A stretch of DNA of 64,000 nt from Eledone cirrhosa. Lineage: Eukaryota. The position numbers and the translations under genes are program-made. The stretch spans positions 37,758,001 to 37,822,000 of the forward strand of contig OZ024753.1 in the NCBI GenBank assembly GCA_964016885.1, read 5' to 3'. Under the pieces are notes generated by a model that saw only the letters and a program-made list of their open reading frames with translations, ran no database searches and had not been told where the DNA came from. Below are positions 12,251-21,998 of this stretch, piece by piece (position 1 is the stretch's first letter; every line of letters starts with the position of its first letter).

Positions 12251-15200
12251 CGGTCACGTGATGCGCATGAAAGACGACAGCTGTATAACAAAGTGCAGGG
12301 CAATAAAGATAGACGGTAGCCACGGAGTAGGCAGACCCAAAAAAACATGGGACGAGCTGATAAATTCCGACCTCACACGCTTACACCTCTCCAAGACAAT
12401 GTCACTGGACAGAGACCTTTGGCGGTACTCAGTAATAGAGAAGACCCGCCTTACCTAAATACAAAGTAAAAACCTACTACAGTCAGTAGGCATCTCTATC
12501 AAAACACACCCCCGTCCCACCACCTCCACCCCACCCACACCGCCCCTTTCAATGTAAAGTTATGTTGGTACCACAACATCCAGGCCGAAACAAATGAGAT
12601 CGTGTAGGTGTCACGACAAAAAAACACACAGTCCACGCTGTAAATGTGGCCGTGTAGGCAACACGGTAAAAACCTCCCAGCCCCACACTGTAAATGTGGT
12701 TGGTGTTAGGAAGGGCATCCAGCTGTAGAAAACCCGCCAGACAGTCCACGCTGTAATGTGGCTGTGTAGGCAACACGGTAAAAACCTCCCAGCCCACACT
12801 GTAAATGTGGTTGGTGTTAGGAAGGGCATCCAACTGTAGAAAACCCGCCAGACAGTCCTATGCGAGCAAGACAACCACTCTTGCCTCAAGTGGGAAAACC
12901 CCCGTCCAAACCCATGCAAGCGTGGAACACGGACGCTAAACCTGATGATGATGATGATGATCATCATCATCATCATTTCATTTTACGTCCGCTTTTCCCT
13001 GCTTGCAAGGGTGGGACGGGAACTGATTCTGGCTTGATTTCTACAGCTGGATGCCCTTCCTAACACCAACCTCATTTACAGTGAGTGCTGGGTGCTTTTT
13101 TGCCGTGGCACCTCCACGACCACTTTGCAGTGGAATGATATGGACCCCAGTCCCTATCATCTCATTTCTACAGCTGAGTAAACTGGAGCAATGTGAAATA
13201 AAGTGTCTTGCTCAAGGAAACAACACATCACCCGGTCTGAGAATTGAACTCACAACCTTTCGATTGCAAGGCCAATGCTCTAACCACTAAGCCATGTGCC
13301 TCCATAAATACACACATATATATCTATACACACATATATATAAAAATACACATACACATACATACATATATATACACACATGGTGGCTGCCAACTCGTTT
13401 TCGAGTACGGCCACTACTTTATATCCATGTAGGAGAACCCCTACCGATGCGCTGAACGAGTGTGACTTTTTAGTCCAGCCAGCGACTTGAAAACTCTGGT
13501 ACAAACACTACACTTGTGACAATTATTGACACATAGTGCTGGGCCCATGGTACCATGTGACGGCAAGTGCAGAGAGATCTCCAGATATAAAGCAATGCCT
13601 GTGCCGTGAAGCTTTTATAGTGAGCAAAGGCACTGCACAAAGCCAGTCCCACTCTCTTAACCAAGATGATATTTACCAAAAAGAAGAACAAGTCAACATC
13701 ATTGGATACCATCAGGGTTGCAGGTGTTATATCAGAGTTTTCCTTCTCCTAGAATTCTGCCTTGACAAAGGCTAAGGAGTCATCTCTCCCAGTGATTTTG
13801 GATGGCCATTGACTCTTAAGAGCTCCTTTGCCCTTTGACAGGTTTTGTTTTTAGTCCTGCAGGATGTCCAAAGTCACCCTCCTCACCAAGAAACCTTGGT
13901 GGGGTTGCCAGTTTAGTCGCCAACGACCCGACCATGAGACAGGTTGTACTGGGATACATGTTACCAGTAGCACCAAGTGGTGACCTGACATAATATATAC
14001 ACACATACACATATATATATATATACACACACGTGTATGTGTGTGTATATATATATGTATGTGTGTGTATGAAGGGGATAGTGTGCGTGTGTGTATTTAA
14101 TTTTGTAAAGTCAAGAGAATATTTCCTTTTATTTATATTGATCTACTGGATTATTAAAATCAATTCTGTTTGTTTTCCTTCCTATGTCACTCTTTGTCAT
14201 GTCATTTTACAGTTGAAAGCTTATAGAGCACAGATGGACAGAATCAATCATTGGTTCAATACATTCATGATAATACGAGTCTCTTGAGTATTTTAGCAAC
14301 AGGGGCCTCAGTCTTATCTGTAAATAATTCCCCTTCATCCAATTTTGACGCTCACATGTGCAGAAGAAGAAATAAAAGGGACTTTATGTGAATCGCGGCC
14401 TAATGGACGATTCATTTGCGACAGTTTTCACGAAAATCGGACATTCCTGTAAAAAATTATACCATCTGCAACTTTGCCTTGTTTTTTGCGCAAAGTCGAA
14501 CCCCCGCTTCAGTTTTATTGATTTTTTACATGAACGCGTGACCTCTGAAGTAGATTTGAGTAGCTAAAGACCTGTCCCGGTAAATTTGCTATATGTGAAA
14601 AAAAGTTGATCAAAATTGCGTCTAGGTTTATTGCCCTTTGCAACAGCCTCAAGAACATGTAATTAAAAAGATTTACCATGGACTATCGTGCACGTTGGTA
14701 TTGTGTTGGCCTGCAAAAATCGGTGATCAAATGAGGCAACAATAAGCCATACTGATGACGTTTAAGCGGGTGGCAAGGAATTGATGCGGCATAGATAGCC
14801 ATGGGAGTCTTGAAGGAGCACAGCGGTCAGGCAAAAGAAAGGGCCGAGGATGGGATGGTGGCTGACAGTGCATGGAGGCGGCATCCTGAAGCATGAAGAT
14901 GTAGTGGGGCGACGGCCAGCAGGCAAGTAAGAGGGCAGGGGTGGACGGTGGCAAGGATGCCGCATGGTGATCCATGGCAGTCTTGAAGGAGCACTGCGGG
15001 CAGGAAAAAGAAAGGGCCAAGGAGGGGATGGCGGCTGACAGAGCATTGATGCGGCATGGTGATGCATGACGATGCAGTGGGACGACGGCTTGCAGGGAAG
15101 GGAGATGGCCGGGATTGACGGTGGCAGGGATTCCGCATGGTGAACCATGGCACTTGTGAAGGACCAAGTCGTGCGGGTAAGGGAGAGGGAAGGGGAGGGC

Positions 15201-15271
15201 ATGGTGGCTGACAGAGCATGGATGCGGCATGACGATGCAGTGGGACGACATATATATACACACACACACAC

Positions 15272-15334
<63 letters not shown>

Positions 15335-18300
15335 TACATATATACATAACTATATATGTGTGTGTGTTTATCTATGTATGTATTTTATCAGCAGGTAGGA
15401 GGTTTTGGCTGCGCCAGTGAGGTGGGAGAGAGGGAAAGAGAGTAAGTTAGAGTTGTCCTGATTTTTGCCTCTGGTGATCCAATTATCGATTTTTCGAAAA
15501 TTTAATGTAGCGCATGTTTATCCCCAGATCAAAATACACACTTGCGTCGAGTTTCATCGATTTTTGGCTTCTGGGGTCCCGATTATCGATTTTTCGAAAT
15601 TTTCAAGTAGCCTATTCCACTCTACGCGTTGAGTTTTATATATGTGTGAGGTTTCATGAAAATTGGATGAACGGTGTAGCATGCAAGTTCGGTACACCAA
15701 ACAACGCCCAACTTCACTTTATATATAAGATATATATATATATTATATATATATTATATATACATAGGAAAAGGTTCAGGACCTCGATGGTGGAGCTCAA
15801 GCCGTTTCGACGGCTATTTCTGGACTAAAATCAGATTTTAGTCCAAAAATAGCCGTCGAAATGGCTTGAGCTCTGCCGCTAGGGTCCTGAACCTTTTCCT
15901 ATTACCCACTCTACTACCCAAAGTATCGAGTACTCTCGTGCATTATGGTCCAACTGGTTCCTTACCACACTCCCTCCATTATATATATATATATATATAT
16001 ATACAGTCTGTTCTCTTTTTATGCAAAGATGTGTTCGTGGACACAGCACGTAAAGCAAATTCACGAAATTCAAGTCAAATTTTCCCATAAATTAAAAAAA
16101 TTAAAAACCACATATGTTATTCACGCAAAGTGAATATCTAATAGTATTTTTTAAAACATTTTTGTGTAAAAAGCAAAGACTGTATACATATATATATATA
16201 CACACACATGCATATAAATATGTGTCAGTATGTATACCAATCCCACAAGCATCACATTAACACCATTATAAGTCTGTGGTGACAGTTGTTTATGTCACCC
16301 ATAAACAATACCATTTGACAGAATTGCAGTGTGATAAAAAAACATTAGCATTATACACCTTACTTAGAATAAGGTATCGTGTCAAGGAAAGAGATCTTAA
16401 CCAGAACATAATAATGATGCTGATGATAATGATGATGATAGTGGCAATTGTGATAGCAATGTTGTACAATCAACTGAAGATTAAGAGATTTATAATTCAG
16501 TGTGGGGAGCACTTCATACTTTTTTTTTCATGGCAATACTTCCAAATGGTTAGTTAGTACACTGAAATCAGTAAAAAGAATATAAAAGAATATTTTCTTA
16601 CTTCATAAGGTGTATTTGTAATCCGATCCCCTCGTAATACTTCGCCTGGAAAAATAGAAAAAAAAAAATTTGCAATTATGAGCTTTATTCAAAATCTATA
16701 ACACTTAATTTTAATAGAAAATAAAACCATTTAAAAGCAGAGCGTGAGGTGTTACACATATATTTAAATATTACACATATACACATCATCATCTACACCA
16801 TTTATGATGATGATAATGTGTGTATATATATATATAATAGTAGAACACTGGTAGGTTATATCCGTAGTAGTAGAGCACTCAGTCCATGGGACGAGTTTGG
16901 TAGTAGTAGTTCCACAACAGTTAGTTCATCATACCGAGAACAAATGTTTCACCTTATTCTTAGACCGAGCTGAGGATCCGAATAAGGTAAAACATTTGTT
17001 CTCGGTATGGTGAACTAACTGCTGTGGAACTACTTATATATATATACACACACAGATTTATATATGCTCATACACACTAATATAAATTAGAGCTTAAGCT
17101 TTCAATTTTGTTTTCTTCAACAGTTTACACATTTACCATATATTTCCTGATATTTCAAGGCAAGGACCCGTTTATCAAAGAAAAGAAATGGAGTGTAGTG
17201 GTGTCGACGTGTGAAGTAGAGTTGTTGTCACCATTACACTCCATTTCCTTTAAATAAGAAAAAGAGAAAGTGCACTCACCAAGGTTTTCTGTCTTATAAA
17301 CCACTCCACCTTTAGGTTTACAAAATGGTAAAGAATAATATTCATAAGGTAACTGTGTCTTTACACTGGTCATTTTCACAGCCTGGAAACAGAAAACAAA
17401 CAATAAAAGTAATTATCTTCATTATCATAACACTAGTGGACCAGTGTCATTAATAATGATAGCTATAATATTGATCATATGGAGATGAGATGAGTACAAC
17501 ATGTATGCTGTGTACAAGAGGTGAGATGGAGGAGTACCTTAGCAAGACTACCCACAGGCAAATATAAATATAAGCTTTTCAGAGTAGGGAATGGTGTCGA
17601 TGTGAGTGGAGTAAACATCCTACTAACTGAGAAGTAGATAGATTAGGTAATTGAGGTAGAATTAATGACAGAACTATGAAGCTCAGAATAGTCATAGACA
17701 GTAGAATAACGACAATTATCACCACCTATGCACCATAATCAGGACTAAGTAAAGAACAAAACTACCATTTCTATGAGGAACTCTTATAAACAGTTTCCGT
17801 TATTGGTGACAGAGGCCTTATCCTAGCTGGTGACTTCACTGGACATGTTGGACAGTAGGATGGATTCACTGAAGTTCATGACAGCTATGGTTATGGCTCA
17901 AAAAATAAAGAGGAAGTGAGACTCCTAGAATTCTGTGATGCAAATGAACTCGCTATTTGTAACATTAACTTCAGGAAGTCAGCCAACCAACTGATCAACC
18001 ACAAGTGAAGCAATGCTGTGCTGGAAAAGACCCATCCAACCCATGCAAGCATGGAAAAGCAAGCATAAAATGATGATGATGAAGACGACAACGACAAATA
18101 TTGAAAATGACTTACCTTGACCTCTACAAACTGACCCCTTTGAAACTCAACTGGAGCCACTCCGGGTACGTAGAAAGCCTGGGCTATGTAGAACAATGAA
18201 CAAGCCACAAAACTCCATAGTATATATATATGAATCATCTAGAAATGAAAAGAAGTAAAGAAAAATATTAAATGCTTAGCAAAACTAACTTTACATTATT

Positions 18301-21300
18301 CTATATTTACCATTGTATTTTTACTGTAAAAACTTTCTTACATAATTATCTCATATAATATTGAATCTACGAGATTCTTATGTTATTTAGTTTGAGAACA
18401 ATACCGTAATGTAGGTATGGGTGGACAGTTACAACCAGTTTGAACAGAAAGAGGTGAGAGAGTTCTGGCCAGATACGGCTGGTTTAAATGCTAAAGGGTT
18501 AAACATTTTGGTTTAAATGCTAAAGGGTTAAACATTTTGGTTTAAATGCTGGGTTAAACATTTTGATTAACATATTTATAATGAAGGACATCACCTATGA
18601 TTTTCAAATAATTTCAAAAATAATCAACATAGGACCTTCTGGAAGATGTATCTGCCCAGTGACCCTCTCAGGAATAAATAAGCATAAATGGTCGAAGAAG
18701 ATGTCATGTTTCAGACAATGAGAAAATTAATTATATTACTAAATCCTTTCAATTTCATGATTATTTTCAAAGTTAGTCGTAAGTCATATCTTTTATTAGA
18801 AATATAGTATGATAAGAGTTATATTCTAGTAGAATGTCACAGAGAAATTTACTCAGTGTAACAGATGTCAAGTTATTGATTACAAAAATGAAACCACAAT
18901 GACAGATGCAGTTTCCTGCTTTTGTTAGTTTTGCTTTTAGTTGATCCTAATTTCTTTAACTAAGAAAGGTCATCACTTTCAAAGTGAATTAATTAAATAT
19001 ATCTTTTTGTTCATGTGTATGTGCGTGCATGTCTTTCTGGCAATCTCACTAAGAATTGCCTTAACTTGAACTTAACCCTTTAGCATTTACATTACTCTAT
19101 ATATACTATTGTATTTTCGTGGTAAAGGCTTTATCTCACATAATATTGAATCTGTGAGATTTTGATATTATTTATTTTGAGAACAATAACTTAACATCAG
19201 TATGAGTGGCCAGTTACAGCCGGTTTGAAAAGAAAGAGGTGAGAGAATTCTGGCTGGATATGGCTGGTTTGAATGCAAAAGGGTTAAACAAATACCAAGA
19301 ATGGAATGGATGAAATGCCGTGGCCAGCGGATTCAAAACAACATCCGACAGACTGGTTGATTTACATTTATATTAGTGGCACAAGCACTAGGGTGTTTAG
19401 TGTACATGGTTATGCTGGGGCAGTAGGGTGTTTGAGGCTAGGGTCCAGCATTTCATTGCTGAGTGAGGAGGGGTCATGGTGGTGCCGGGCTTTCCTGAGA
19501 GTTGTTCCATCTCTCTGCTTCTTCGGGTTTAAGGTTGAGAAAGGGATCAGGGGCATGTTGGCAGGAAGTTACCATACCACGACAAGGGAGCCCAAACTTA
19601 CTAACTTTAACCAACTCAAACCCCTGCGTATATATACACAATTACAATGAATCGAGTGAATCGGGCGAGATATTCTCATTTTCTTCATAGTATTTGCCTG
19701 TTACTTTAATTTATCGACTCAGGAAGAATGGAAGGTAAAGCTGAACTCCGTGGGATTGGAACTCAGAAAGTAAAGAGCCGAACAAACACCGCAAGGTATT
19801 TTATCCGACGCTGTTGTGAACCTTTCTGCCAACCTAGCGCCCATGTTTGTGTGTAATGATTTCATTCTTAGCAACTGGAGCACACCCAAACCAGAAGCTT
19901 GACTAATAAAAGCACGATTAATTTCTATTAAACAATCACAGTCAAACAAATAAAAGAATTTGTGGCCGAAAGTTCACACCTACTCGTTTGAAACGACCAC
20001 TGGTAAACTTGGCTAATTTGATTATTTTAAAAAAGAAATCTTCCATAATTTCATGTAAGAAGCGATATCAAGTTATGTTCTAAACACTAGCTTTAATAAT
20101 GATTTCTTTATTAACCACAAAGGGTTTATATGAAGAAAAACGTTATGACAGTACAGGACGAAAATAAACACCAGCTTAATAATGAGAAAGTTAGTTTATA
20201 TTACCAAATCCGTCCAGATTCGTTATTATTTACCAAATAATTTGAAAATAGACAGTGTCTTTCGTTAGAAATATGATAATGAAAGGGTACACACTTATTC
20301 TTTACTATTCATATATGTAAAAATATCACATCATATATATAACGTAAGAAAAAGATAAGAAATATTAAAGTAACTTATCATGTGGCAAATATTATTAGGG
20401 TGTTGTTTTCCTTGTTATTTTTTAAATAATCTCCGCCGATGAAATTGACAATTTTTTGCTGGCGTAATTGTCAATAATTTTTGAAATGTACAAACATTAC
20501 AGCAATATAAATTAAATTTAAGCCATTTTCTTTAATATTAAATCAATATCGATGATTTCTGTTGTCATATTTCATTTTCTTTGATAATGAATACTAATAA
20601 TTTTACAGAGATTACCAGAAGTGTTGTGATCTTAAATCGAAAGATTACCTTAATTGTTTTTCTTTCTATCCTTAATAAAGTAAGATGTACATATTTTTAA
20701 CGACTGTCAAATAATAATGTAGAAACCCCAACATAAAACACCTGAGATCTTAATGAACTCTTTACAGAAAGTAAAATCGGGAGGGAAATAAAAATGTCAT
20801 TTTTTAATTTTGTATAAATTTCCTATTTACTTTTGAAGTTAAAGAGTTTTCGCTGGAGAAAGCGATCATCTAATTTTATGTCCGTGTGATCAGAAGCTAA
20901 ACTAAATCCCGAATATTAAGTTTTCAGTGGACTTTAACCGTGAAAACACAATACTATTGTTCAAGTATGTCCCCACCTCCTAAAATATAAGGAGAAAATA
21001 ATGGATCGGTAAACTGTCAAAATAAGATAAAAATTCTGTGTTGTTAAAAAAAGCTTTACGCATTTATGTGTGTATGTATATATATATAAATCATATATAT
21101 ACTGCAAGATGCATGTTTGTTTGTATGTATGTATATGCATGCGTGTGTGTATGTGGATTTTAGCACTTAAAGGAGAAACATAAACACATTATTTAAAAGC
21201 TAGAAATTCAAAGCCGCCGTAATAAGAATACGAACTAAAATTAGGACATAAATAAAAAAGTTAGAAGCAAACCAGAAACAAACATTTTAGCTCACACAAA

Positions 21301-21484
21301 GCGCTGACATTAAAAAATCAGACGATTTGTGTGAGCTAAAAAACAAGTTTGTCAATAGAAATAAAAAGATAATGGCTATGAGCTATAAACATGATCGAGG
21401 AACTAGAGACAGAGACGAGTAAAACATAAGAGTAAATGTATTTGTGTGATTATTGACTGATACCTTTCCTACCTTGGTTGCCAT
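3768..21484 (-). CDS. TM9SF4: Transmembrane 9 superfamily member 4 (nonaspanin), 3'-partial; first 14 coding exons, 401 codons
   Basis: Exons in transcript order: 21473-21484 (MATK), 18116-18238 (..[16 protein letters not shown]), 17280-17382 ([25 protein letters not shown]), 16602-16645 ([14 protein letters not shown]), 11354-11475, 9957-10059 ([17 protein letters not shown]), 9151-9203 (AFINNHL), 8658-8699 ([11 protein letters not shown]), 8098-8183, 7203-7355 ([24 protein letters not shown]), 6326-6396 ([10 protein letters not shown]), 4908-5040 ([16 protein letters not shown]), 4297-4378 ([14 protein letters not shown]), 3768-3843 ([14 protein letters not shown]). All introns are GT-AG and phases join in frame. 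Motifs match the TM9SF4 subfamily from memory. Confidence 0.95.
7684..7874. mobile_element. piggyBac-type MITE (TTAA TSD, CCCTTTAGCATTTA TIR)
   Basis: TTAA|ccctttagcattta...taaatgctaaaggg|TTAA. Further copies at 19076-19283, 50552-50714 and 53389-53609; partial copies at about 18290-18498, 27150-27290, 31757-31960 and 34955-35160. Confidence 0.85.
8800..9088 (+). repeat. Polypurine G-run tract
   Basis: Almost purely G/A with many G4+ runs. Confidence 0.9.
9400..9806 (+). repeat. About 121-bp tandem repeat (about 3.5 units); also at about 34245-34450
   Basis: ctcctataa..gcatctcagaggaggttt..ttaatgatagggaccccag..ctatcat repeated. Confidence 0.8.
10141..10275 (-). pseudogene. Degenerate tandem copy of the TM9SF4 exon 6 acceptor region
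   Basis: ttttag-G-TTT GTC GAT AAT TTG (FVDNL) versus the true ttctag-G-CTG GTT GAT AAT TTG (LVDNL). Flanking intron 10204-10275 resembles 10060-10135. There is an in-frame stop. Confidence 0.7.
10275..10612 (-). mobile_element. tRNA-derived CORE-type SINE with RTE-like 3' tail
   Basis: Head tggcttagtggttagagc (A box) and gagttcaattc (B box); CORE-like ccttgagcaagacactttatttcac; tail shared with RTE; (GAT)n. Confidence 0.85.
10972..11257 (+). mobile_element. Second tRNA/CORE SINE family with a different 3' half
   Basis: tagcctagtggtaaggg..gagttcgattcc head, CORE-like part, aaccctgcgatggacaggcgtcctgtccaggg, (agacttt)n tail. Relatives at about 39880-40070 (-), 52890-53115 (-) and 54570-54650 (+). 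Confidence 0.75.
11695..12062 (-). mobile_element. Same SINE family
   Basis: Near-identical to 10275-10612, with an internal duplication of about 57 bp. Confidence 0.85.
12251..12961 (+). mobile_element. 5'-truncated copy of the same RTE family
   Basis: [38 protein letters not shown], near-identical to the 2517-3500 copy. The 3' UTR has an internal tandem duplication and a (GAT)n tail. Confidence 0.92.
12962..13304 (-). mobile_element. Same SINE family, tail-to-tail with the RTE copy
   Basis: Near-identical to 10275-10612. Confidence 0.85.
13385..13990 (-). mobile_element. RTE-type 5' UTR / non-autonomous RTE derivative
   Basis: GC-richer island between (TA/CA)n tracts. The motifs agttttccttctcctaga..aaggcta and ggggttgccagtttagtcgcc are recalled from RTE 5' regions. 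Confidence 0.5.
14770..15250 (+). repeat. GC-rich 173-bp degenerate tandem repeat (about 3 units)
   Basis: Marker gctgacag at 14861, 15034 and 15207. Confidence 0.75.
15440..15730 (-). mobile_element. Possible non-autonomous Helitron-like end
   Basis: The minus strand begins A|TCTTATATATAAAG. tttcatgaaaattgg-type internal motifs resemble small Helitron derivatives. No CTAG terminus was identified. Confidence 0.35.
15765..15901. repeat. About 137-bp fold-back inverted repeat
   Basis: taggaaaaggttcaggacc...aaaat cag atttt...ggtcctgaaccttttccta. Confidence 0.9.
16004..16182. mobile_element. Tc1/mariner/pogo-type MITE
   Basis: TA|cagtctgttctctttttatgcaaa...tttgtgtaaaaagcaaagactg|TA. Confidence 0.65.
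16905..17034 (+). ncRNA. Fold-back element containing a near-complete type I hammerhead ribozyme motif (16964-17006)
   Basis: ACCGAG-CTGAGGA-TCC gaataa GGT-[A]AAA-CATTTG-TT-CTCGGT. The opposite arm preserves GAAA. Confidence 0.55.
17470..18095 (+). mobile_element. Degenerate RTE AP-endonuclease fragment joined to an RTE-type 3' tail
   Basis: Broken frames give [25 protein letters not shown] and [31 protein letters not shown], followed by cccatccaacccatgcaagcatggaaaag..(gat)n. Confidence 0.8.
19076..19283. mobile_element. piggyBac-type MITE, opposite orientation to the 7684 copy
   Basis: TTAA TSD and TIRs. Confidence 0.85.
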
Positions 21485-21998
21485 CTTGACTCTAACGTGG
21501 TAGATATGACGTCACAACCGGTATTTAGGGAGAAAATTCGTCTTATTCCTAAAAAAATTCATTTAATTTAATTATCCTCGTGATTTTTTATAATTTACAT
21601 TAAAACTTTCTAGTTTAGATCCTTTTAAAGAAGTTTAATATTTTTTTAATACAACGTCAACCTGACAGATAATGGATTCGTCCATTAGGGTAGACTGCTA
21701 AAGAAAATGGGTTATAAATTATTCGTATTTATTATTAAAGAAATAAATAGAAGAACATTTTTTAATTAATATATTATTTTTTATATATCGAGCAATACAT
21801 GTAGTTTTTAGAGTATTAGAAAGCTTATAAATAAATGTAATAACCTTTCACACCCCATTTTTATATCTGTAATCGTAACTGCGCATCTGTATTTTCCCCT
21901 TTTGCTAACTGAGCTTCGCTCATTAAAGACGTTTTCTGGCTCACCGCTGATTCTAGGAAACCCTTGATTAAGTCGGCCAGCGTGTAATAATTAAAAAA
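21485..21998. promoter_or_regulatory. Bidirectional promoter and 5' UTRs of TM9SF4 and RPS20
   Basis: 514 bp between divergent ATGs. Perfect CRE palindrome TGACGTCA at 21507-21514. YY1-like GCCATCTT overlaps the TM9SF4 ATG. Pyrimidine tract TTTTCCCCTTTT at 21892-21903 fits the TCT/5'-TOP initiator typical of ribosomal protein genes. Confidence 0.7.

Noticed and set aside
14727-15347. 170-206 aa ORFs in three minus frames
   Set aside because: GC-rich 173-bp repeat plus microsatellite; open frames reflect composition.
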